A DNA stretch of 64,000 bases from Styela clava (Eukaryota). Position numbers and translations under genes: made by a program. The stretch spans positions 8,866,001 to 8,930,000 of the forward strand of contig NC_135250.1 in the NCBI RefSeq assembly GCF_964204865.1, given 5' to 3'. The notes under the pieces are model-generated. The model searched no databases, was not told the DNA's origin, and worked only from the letters and a program-made list of their open reading frames with translations. Shown in pieces: positions 54,172-64,000 of this stretch. Positions within the stretch are counted from its first letter, which is position 1. Each line of letters begins with the position of its first letter.

Positions 54172-54732
54172 CAGGGGTGTGCAACCTTTAATACAGGAGG
54201 GCCAGATATAAATAACTGAGTAAAACCGCGGGCCGTACTTTTATTTAACATAGGCTTTCTAGTAGTAGCAAGCACGAAAATTTTGGTTAGTGATGTTATG
54301 ACATGGGTTATCAGTGCCGAGATATAGGCGTGTCAATATCAGATCAGTACCCCGGTATCGGCGATAAAAGCCGTATCGGTATATCTCTAGTGTATGTATC
54401 CCCATTCAAAAATTCAAATTAAGAAATAGTGAGACACGACGCGGCAAACCCCATCAAGATTGTGTTGAACAATCAAGTATTTTAGACACAATGTTGAACA
54501 TCCGCCTCTCATATTCAACCTTCGTTTTTAACTGTCTGGATTTTAACTTTAAAACCATCAAATAAATATCACGATATTGAATATTTTAACAGACGAATTT
54601 TTATTCCAGTGTGACACAACAAAACTCTAAAACGTCGATGGTGCCGTTATTCCATAAAAAAATACCAAGTCCCTTCGAGCCACGGAAATAGGTCCCACGG
54701 GCCGGGCCACTGGTCGTATGTTGCACCCCTCT
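54172..54732. mobile_element. hAT MITE abutting the previous element
   Basis: CAGGGGTGTGCAAC ... GTTGCACCCCTCT; starts exactly 8 bp (CTTTAAAC) after the preceding TIR. Confidence 0.65.
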
Positions 54733-56032
54733 AATTGAAAGCAAATACAGTAGGCGATGGATGCAAGGCCTATACGCCACACCATCTAGTCCAGTGGGAG
54801 CAATACAGATCACAATACCACTACGCTGTTTTTTGTGGTTGGTTGGCAGATTGTCTGTTTTAGATAGTCTTGGAGAATCTGCAATTTTCGATGCAGTACA
54901 ACTGATTGTTTGGCACAATCACACATATAAGCTATCACAAAGTAAATGTCTACTTAAATGAGGGCAACATAATGGGAGATGAAAACCAAACTGGACAACG
55001 ACCCGACTGTTGCAGTTGAATCACACTGAAAACAAATATATATATATACCGATGAGATAAGAAAATAATTATTTCACAATGCTACATTTAATAGAATACA
55101 ATCCAAATGTTCTTCAACAACAAACGTGACTGGAAAAGCCGCCATTTCCCAAATCTTTCACAACCAATGAAGCTTAACGGTTTCGAATTTTCATATTAAA
55201 ATTTTACCTGCGCGAGAGAATATTTTTTGTTTTGTTTGCTATCTCTTAAGAATTTATGCCACAACAAATAGGAGTAGTATAAATGAGACGATTTCCCGAT
55301 TTTGATTGGTTCTTTCGCCCGAGAAGCCGCTGCACAATGTGTTCGTTCCATAGTTGGTCGGCGTAATAATTAGTTAACTAAATCGGGAACATAAACGCTT
55401 ACAATCGTACTGTTGAGGCACCATTGAAAGTAGTACAAAAAAATCTGCAATTAGCTCAAAATAACTTTACTTCTTCTTATTTAAAATCTATGCTCTGGAG
55501 AAAAATAGAATACATCAAATGTGCATTGTTTGGTGAGTGTAGGCACATAGTGAAGTGTAATTACAAAGTGATTCGTGTAAAATAAAAGTGATAAACGCGC
55601 AAGCAGTAATCAACGCCATGGCTTCGTGCAGTTTGTATAGCAATTTATTATTAAATAGAAATTTCCGCCTTAACATTCATGGTTTTTTTTCTACGTTTTT
55701 CAAAGTTTCTGAGTTTTAAAATAATTACCATGTTGTCGCTATCTAAACAACGCTATTGAGTATAGATAGATTGTGGAAAAATTGAAAGCTTAGCGTCGTA
55801 TTCAAAATTCCACTTAATAAAACTGCCGTCTTCTAATAAAAAAAAATGACCTGTAAAGAGATTTATCTTGTTTCCTGGTTTGTTAATCCGATGTATTTTT
55901 TATTCAAAGTGAATGAACATAGTTAATATAGTGTCATATAGTGTGAAATTTTCAATATATATATATATTTTAATCTACTTCGATATTTTAATAAGAAATA
56001 CCGATATTCTACATTGAACTCACAGCTGTAAA

Positions 56033-58480
56033 ATGAAAGTTATCAATCAATTCAATAAACAACCGCATCTAAATTATGGGAAGAACGACTTATTTTGTCG
56101 CAAAACATGCTCAAAAAGAAAACATAAGACAAGAGGAGATCCAAACAATGCAGCCAGAGAAAGGTAATTTTAGTTTTTTCTAATGAATTCTTAACAGGAG
56201 ATTTGCTGCAATTTGATAATATTCCATTTTCATGATTTCAGGAATAGAGTTAAAACGTTGCGAAATGCGTTTACGCAGTTACAGCACACCCTACCATTCA
56301 TTCCTCCAGATACAAAGCTTTCGAAGTTGGACATACTCATCCTTGCCACAACGTATATAAGACAACTTTCAAAAGAATTAGGGACTGACCGTTCTACCAA
56401 GCGATTAGGTGAACTATCGATCCAAATATACCTATTTCATGCAGAATAATTTCCATAAAACTAGAACGTCCTGTTTGTTATTCCGAATTTCTATTTCTGT
56501 CCTAATGTTTTATTTTTATGATGATAAAAATTTTAAAAGTGTAATGTATTCTGAAAATAGTCCTTTCCCCGCTTTATTTCGATTATGACTATGTAGTTTC
56601 GTTTTTGCTGATATTTTGGACAAGAACGTAAGAATTTTGTATTTTTTCCACCTATCTAAATTAATTCGGCAGATCAATTGGAAAAATCTTCGGCTCAGAT
56701 TCGAGAAAGAAAAAGACTTCGTCAGGCCTTACTCCATCCCGTTAAGGTAATTTACAATAACCCACTAACTTATATTCTTTTCAAAAAATAAAGGTTTCAT
56801 ATGTGTTGTAATTGTACAGCTGCACGGCAAAACATATCAATAATTTAATTTTCGAAAGTACTTTCAGGTGTTTAATTCATTGGGCTAAGCACGGGGGCTT
56901 CCACAATAATATGCTGTTTTTTGATGTGACAATTACAAGTAAAACGCGAAGGAGTGTATAGCATCAAATAAGTACATGGATCTTACGCCATTTTTAACAT
57001 TTCTCCATGGATAGGCGTTTTTGATACTATTTTAATGTACAATAAATATTGAAGCAATATATTCCTTTTGATTATCCTAAATCAGTAAATAAAATAACGT
57101 GTACAATAGCAATCGCAAATGGAATAAAAACCACTAATATTTACAATCCATAGTCAATGATGCAAATATGTTTTGATAGATCCGCGTATCTTTCAAAACG
57201 ATCTTTGATTTTAACATTTTGTCCTGTCATCGCTACTCACTTGATCAAACAAAATTACAAAAACTTGCCCCAATGGTTCCAAGTCAGTCGTATTACTTTG
57301 AAGAATGACGAAAACCTATCACGAAAATGGAAATTGAATGATATGTTTTTCCACACATCCATTGATTAGAAACTACTCAGATGTTGCGATTAAAACTAGG
57401 AAACTTACATGGGCATTAAACTGTGACAAAACGGAAGCAACCATCAGAGACTTATAGTTGTGCCCGTCACCAGTGCGCGTGCGAGTAAGAGGCGTCACAG
57501 TCACGTTAGGGATTAATGTTTCGCGGTTCTATAGGCCTGTAAACGTTGCCTACTGTAGCTGGTGTAATGAGCCGTATAAATAAATAGTGCGGTTTTGAAA
57601 TGATGTAATCTTTTTTCTTCGCAGTCCTTTTAAAAACTTGATCATATACTTGTATTCTCTATAGATTTGTATATACAAAATATAAAATAGGTAATACAAA
57701 CCTAAACAAAAAAGCATTTGCATTATTTTTTTTTTGTGCGTGTGTATATATATCGAGGTACGTCAAAGGAATATCGCTTTTGTTCACTTCTTTTATTAGT
57801 GATTTAAACAAGCCAAATTTGATTAACTTGTATGAACATCAGAGAAGTCAAAAATAGTCATTTTTTGAGAATATTCGGAAATCAAACAAGAAATTCAATT
57901 GGTTTTCTCATATTGTGGAAATCGTGGCATATAGCTCATAAACGTTACTCAATAATCTGACTAGTTCTGTGCGACTAATTCTCCCCGTTTGGACATTTTA
58001 TTCATTTTTATTTTTATTTTTTACGGTTTTCCGAACTGGAACAGTGATGGTTTATGCGTGGTATGACTATATTATGTTGGTAGAGTTCCTACTTATATTT
58101 CCTTGATGTCCATTTGTTATCTTTATGTGATTAAATATAATTCAAAATGATTTCTTCAGAAATGGCCGATGAGATCTGCAATTTATTCGAGTATGTCACA
58201 GAAAACTGAAAGTTTCAAAGTGGAATCTATAAACTCAGTTGCTGTCACGGACATAGAATGTGAAACAGTATCAACAATCCATGCAAACATTCCAAACGAG
58301 ACACATAAACTGTCAAATCAGTCTAAACGTATGAGCTGCCATTCAAAATATGAACATTTATACAGAAAAGAGCATGATACGGAAGAATACAACTTACTTG
58401 AATCAATTAATGTTGAATACAAAACATTTGATAACTTTGAGATTTCGTTGGGGCAGGTACCACACAACTTTGTCTGCTAA
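56033..58480 (+). CDS. TCF24: bHLH transcription factor of the TCF24/TCF23 family, 230 aa, 4 exons
   Basis: join(56033..56163,56242..56408,56673..56746,58160..58480) = 693 nt. [45 protein letters not shown] plus the family motif LHPVKKWPMRS, which is restored across the last intron. Confidence 0.9.
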
Positions 58481-59069
58481 CTGTCATTCTGCTTCCTTCC
58501 ATTAAATATTATGATATCCTAAAAAAAGATTGAAAAAAAAGCTGATCTCTCAACTCTAGCGGATCACGCGACACAATCATAAGAGTCCGAGACACTGACC
58601 TCGTATCCTAAGGACGTTGTGTAAAAACTGTCGCGTTATTGTAAACTCAAAGCTTTCGGAAACTTGATATATCTTCTGTTTCTAGTTTATTCAATAAATT
58701 TAACACGGCCTTCGGAAAGTGTTCATTAAAATATTTTCAATTATTTTATCTGGTCTTCTCAAAATAGTGTAGCAAAAATTCTATTCTACAGACATTTAGA
58801 AATATTTAAACGTATATTTTGAAATTATTGTGGTGGTTATTGCTCTACTAGAGGTGCGGTTGACGTGTTGTGGAGTAGGAATTCTTGAAATGGGCGAAGT
58901 AGATACGAAAAAGCGAAAAAAACTCGGATGGGGAGATTCATTCAAGAACATTGCAAAAGATTAAAAATATGGAAACTTGTTTTGGGTATGTGCCAGTTGT
59001 AAAAGCCCTCAGAAATAGAAGCTCAAAGTTAGGCTGTTAGGGAGAAGTCAATTAAGCTATAGTATAAGG

Positions 59070-60070
59070 CCGGCCTGCCCAACCCTTTTAGTGTCGCGGG
59101 CCACTTTCACATAAAGAATTCATTGCGGGCCACAATCGTTTTTACCAAGCTTAAATACCAGCCAAGTTCTGTTTTACGTCGTTTTGTAAAATTCGAATGA
59201 TCAATACAAGTACCTAATAAAGCAACGTTTTTAGGATTTCCGAACGGATATATTGAATATGTAGGAATGCCATCAAGTCAATGTTATCACAATTTTGAAC
59301 GGATACGCAGTAACTAAATTTCAGAATTTTTATTTAACGCAAAATTAGCATGACCACAATAGAAAAATACAAACAGAAAAATAAACGAATCCCGAACCCA
59401 GTAGCAAATATATTGTTCACTTTTTTTACGGCGGCGATAAGGAATATCAAAACCGACACGAATAATATGTAATAAGAATGAAATTAATTTCGACAATAGC
59501 TTTCGAGTTTGTCAAACAAAACGCGCAGTTCCGCAAGATATGAAAAACCTAAACATCCAAGTCCACCAGAGCGCAAGACGTGATATCTGCGTGATATGGA
59601 GAACCGACATTTAGATAAAGATGGCCGGAACGAACACAGCAAAATCACGAAACATATCTTTCTAGTCTACATAAAATATCTGTATCTGAAATCCCAATTG
59701 TCATTCACGGCTCGTTGGAAATTGACGGTTGAATACATTCAATACAACACACTGGAATAGGCAAATCGTTCGTATCACTAATTGAAAGCGATGTCTCGAA
59801 AATTGTCATTTCAAGACTGACTATGATAAAAAGGAAGTCCAGATATCTCTCTCCGACAATCACGTCCGCAAAGAGAGTTTTAAAAAGTGGCATTTCTCGA
59901 CCGTTTAAACAAGGAATAATGTTTTTATGGCATGTGTCAATATTTTCTTAGGTTTGTGGGAGACATCGAGATAAGTTTAGTATACCAAATTCTGGAAAAT
60001 GCCGCGCGGCCACTTGGAACCCTTCAGTGGGCCACATGTGGCTCCGCGGGCCAGGTGTTGGACGACCCTT
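59070..60070. mobile_element. Non-autonomous hAT element, about 1 kb
   Basis: Degenerate TIRs CCGGCCTGCCCAAC / GTTGGACGACCCTT; GCGGGCCAC subterminal repeats; flanks GTATAAGG / GTATAGGT. Confidence 0.7.
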
Positions 60071-60338
60071 GTATAGGTTCTCCGCCACGGGTTTAGTCGA
60101 AAAAACGAGTTTTGGAGTCTATTTCGCAACTCAAGACCAAGGAGTTCATACTCGACTGTCAGTACAATGTAAATTCATACTATCTGCTGGCGTTTGCAAA
60201 TTTGTGTGCGTATTGAAATATTATAGAGAATGACAAAAAGTCGTTTTCCAATCATAAGGCAGTTAAACATGGAGATTCCCGAGATATTTATTGAGATTTC
60301 CAGTTTGTTTCGAGTGGTTAAAATCATTACTGACTAAT

Positions 60339-63290
60339 TAGGCCGCGAGCCGAGGCCATTTATCTTTCAGTTTCGTAGCGCACATCAGGTAACTACCTGA
60401 AAATGATTTTAAAATGTTCCTTAGAAATTTAGTAACAAATATTGCCTTGTTCCCACTTCCAAAAGTTGCACGTTTTACAGAAAAGACGCTTTTACTACAA
60501 TAAATATGTGTTACCATCTGTCCTATTTTCTCTGCTTTTCCGGTATCATGGGCCAATGAACGCAGACTTCTGCATGACGTAACAGTCAAGTTAGTCAGCT
60601 GTAGGTGGATCCCCAGTGGTCGGATGAATATCAGATGTACTCAACTGCTCGCTTTTGCGTTGAGTAGCCTTTCCATAGTTTTTTTCAGTTACCGGTAATA
60701 TTAGTCCAGTTATTCTAAGGAGGTGTTGAAAAGTATAGGTAAGATATTAAACACTTGTATATCCTTGCCATAAATAGCAATTTTAGTTGAGCACTAGCTC
60801 ATAAGACGTTGTTAAATAGGTACCGTACGGTGCGGTAACTCCAAGGAAGGCTAGACCTAGAATAATATGTCACAAACAACGATATTTTCTGGCTTGCATG
60901 AAATGTTTATGATTAATTTAATGACTCTTCTTGACTATTCAGCAGACTTATACTACTATAGAGGCCACAGCATATCTGGAAATAGAAAGGAATGGCTGTT
61001 TCTGTAATGCACGGTTGTGTGAAAGAGAAGAAATTAATCAATTTTACTAATGTCGGTTGGTCTAAATCTGAATTCATAGAGTCGACAAGAACCTGGGAAG
61101 CAATGATAAGTTATGCCGGAGTGGAAAGAAAGGTAGCATTGGGAATGATTGAGAGGTGAGAAATTAAGTTGTAGACAAACAGTTGATGTTTCAAAATATA
61201 GTCTATAGTCCATACTCATACTGTCATAGGACATTTCAGACTGTGATATATCAAAATTTAGTGTAGATATAGTCTAGTAATGGTATGCAAACACTGCTGG
61301 ACTGTAGAACATGCAATGAGCATATATACGCTCATTTAGTACATCAGATAAAATGCATTATGTATTCAAGGTATTAGTTAGTATTTAGGGGTATTTTTAA
61401 AATCATGCTGCTCCAAATATTATTTTCTTCCTTATTTTAGATACTGTACTACAAAAGAAAACGGCAATGTTCCATCAATCCGACCTAACGCAGGCTCTGA
61501 TCCCTGCTGCTATCAGTGCTATAAAATGGATTAAACAAGAAGTCTTGAAGCTTAAAGGTATATGAGAATCATAATAGTTGCAAACAGCTTAGATGGGCTA
61601 TTCATATTGAAATACTTTAGCACTTTTCTGCAATTGGAACTGCCCATCAAATTCATGTTGGAGACTTCATTGAGATTTTCAATTCATTTTTTTCCCTCGA
61701 CTATGAAGATCTTTTGAGGTTAACGAGGTATTAATAAATAAAGCTGAGGAATTTGAAGAGGATATGAAGAATGTAAATGATACCAGGGCACGTCTATTTA
61801 ACACTGTCAAACATAAGGATTATACTCTCCACCCAACAATGATTCACTGAAGAAGCATGTGGCCCTCAAATCAGTTCTTGAGTTGGCAAACTGCAAAGAA
61901 AAATAGTCAAAATAATTTATGAAAGTGTGCCAAAATCAACTTAAATTGCACAGATTTTTGTTTTTGTATTGACTGCAGAAATCACAGTACACCTATAGAG
62001 GAAAAGTCGATTTTTGAGATAGTGGATTTCGAAAACAATTCAGAAGAAAGTGAATTAGATATTACAGTTGATTTAATAAGTATCATATATTTGTTTTTTT
62101 TTCGGACATTTGTTAGTGTCGTAGTCCTGTTTCTAGAAATATTATTGCCTTTGTTCAAATACATAACCACATAAACTAAAAAAAGATTAATTGTAAATTG
62201 TAATATTTCTGTTCACTATGTTATGTACATATTGTACATTCATTTAATTTTCTTGACTTTTGCGGTAAATTTCTAAGTGAGAAATAACTGATTTATTTGT
62301 GTTTTCGTGCTCACGATGTTAATTTGTGACTTCATTGCTTAAAAATAAATACGTTTGATACTTGATAGCTTCTATAAAATGGATGTAGCTTTTTATGCTG
62401 TTCTTGTTGTAAACTGCTTGTGGTTATTACATAAAATTTATTCTCAAATGTGAATCAGCGTTGTTGGTGTCGCTGCTTTCGAGGTCACTCCCGACTCCTG
62501 TCACACAATTAAAGTATTTTTTGTTGTTGGTTACATGTATGCCATATTTTTCGTAATCTACCTAATAAATTATGATTGACTGAGGAAGTCCGATTTTGGT
62601 CAGGCAAAACATTACAGGAATACATTTGTGTTAGTGTGCTGTAGGGCTCTCGAATTGTATAGTTCTTATGTATGCGTTGTAAACTTATGGTTATTGAATT
62701 TCCGGGAACCTCTTATATTCAATTTCGCACCAGGATTGTGGAACAAGCTGTAATGCGTTCATTATGTTCGTTTTCACACAAAACTGAAGAATTTATTTAG
62801 TTACCAGATGTGCGCTACGAAACTCATTTTCTGGGCGTTTTCATGGTTTCGTCTCACGGCCCATATCCGTGGTAAGGATCTACAAGTGTTTAATAATTTA
62901 CTTATACATTTTTCAACAACGTCTTAGCATAACTTAACTAATAATAACTAAACAGGGCTATGGAAAGCCTGCCCAACTCAGCGCAAGGTCGAGCAGAAAT
63001 AACTAATATATTCATCCGCTCGCTAACAGCTGGTTTAATTCAATTGTTACGTCATGCAGAAGTCATTGTTCAGTGCCGACAATGTAGAGAATATAGGACA
63101 GATCGTAGCACATATTTCTTGTAGTAAAAGCGTCTTTTCCGTAAAACGTGCAACTTTTGTAAGTGGGAACAAGGCAATATTTGTTACTAAATTTTTAAGG
63201 AACATTTTAAAATCATTTTCAGGTAGTTACCTGATGTGCGCTACGAAACTCACTTTCTAGGCGTTTTTCAGGGCCTCGGCTCGCGGCCTA
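60339..63290 (+). mobile_element. Academ-type DNA transposon, internally deleted, 2952 bp
   Basis: TIRs of about 430 bp beginning TAGGCCGCGAGCCGAGGCC and ending CTA; perfect 3-bp TSD AAT; internal relic (about 61730-61990) KAEEF..VNDTRARLF..PTNDSLKKH..LNCTDFCFCIDCRN, resembling the XPG/Cys-rich C-terminus of Academ proteins. Confidence 0.75.
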
Positions 63291-63621
63291 AATCATACCT
63301 CCCGCGGTGTAGATATATTTTATCAACTTTCTCACTTGCCTTTGCATCTTATTTGATCAACGGAGAATAATTACTAGAGATATTTATTAAGGGTCCGTTA
63401 AATGAATGTTTCTGATAAATTTCTCCGAATGGATTCATTTCTCATGACAATATTTCTGTTTGGATCACTGACCATGACCTTTTGTAACATGGCAACTACC
63501 GATTACATAACAATGGTTCAACAATGCCCTTGGCAACCTTGGTATCCATGAGAACCAGAGACAACCAATCATGTACCTCTGTACTTTTGCAATTAGTCTT
63601 GTAGTCTGTTCTGTCGAGTCT

Positions 63622-63707
63622 TTACTCGTTCGGTCGAGGGGGTTTAAGTTTCAATCGTACGATGTTTTCGATAGATCTTTCTGCGTGGCTTGTTATGTAA
63701 CACTTTC
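63622..63707 (-). CDS. Possible terminal exon of a gene extending beyond the window
   Basis: Acceptor TTTCTCACCAG, then (G)KCYITSHAERSIENIVRLKLKPPRPNE*, with minus-strand AATAAA at 63383-63388; no recognisable homology. Confidence 0.25.
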
Positions 63708-64000
63708 CTGGTGAGAAATGATAATAATGTTGGGCTATATGTGCCGATGCAATATTACTTCATGGTAACGTTATATTTAATGACTCAATCTGACGGATCG
63801 AATACCGATGCAAAATCGAACACTTATTGTCTAATCCGATTTTAATTTTCCGAGTTCTGTCAAATCCAAGTTTTTATAGTAATCAGACTTAATCAATATG
63901 TTATATTTTATAGCCTTGGAATAATACAATCAATTACGTTACATCCCATTCTTGCTAGCCAATTTCAATATGGGGATAGCGTGCTGTAAATGCACAAATG

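Noticed and set aside
60338-63260. Two near-identical ORFs (60338-60589 minus, 63054-63260 plus)
   Set aside because: They are the two TIR arms of the Academ-type element, not genes.
1-64000. CRISPR arrays, tRNA/rRNA genes, prokaryotic operons
   Set aside because: No repeat-spacer periodicity or recognisable RNA genes were seen; the sequence is spliced eukaryotic DNA.

Overview
Eukaryotic, AT-rich, intron-containing animal DNA. The compact GT-AG genes and hAT/MULE/Academ repeats suggest a marine invertebrate, possibly an ascidian (inference only). Splicing exons by hand gives eight plausible intact genes. (1) Three paralogous all-helical TPR-like genes (4.1-11.4 kb). (2) Three paralogous 3-exon genes for small secreted 6-Cys proteins with IL-17/PTTH-Trunk/noggin-class cystine-knot signatures (17.7, 29.0, 35.6 kb). 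Two of these lie in segmental duplicates that also seem to hold decayed cystine-knot remnants. (3) A 13-exon gene encoding three tandem lipocalin domains and ending in KIEL (45.2-52.6 kb, minus strand). (4) A TCF24/TCF23-family bHLH gene (56.0-58.5 kb). The rest is mostly DNA transposons: a disabled ZMYM1-like hAT element, SPIN/Charlie-type relics, hAT MITEs with 8-bp TSDs, MULE-like foldbacks, a Helentron-like insert and a 2.95-kb Academ-type element with a 3-bp TSD. The best candidates for novelty are the divergent IL-17-like cytokine cluster with an incomplete knot and the triple lipocalin. All family assignments come from motif recognition by eye; no database searches were run.
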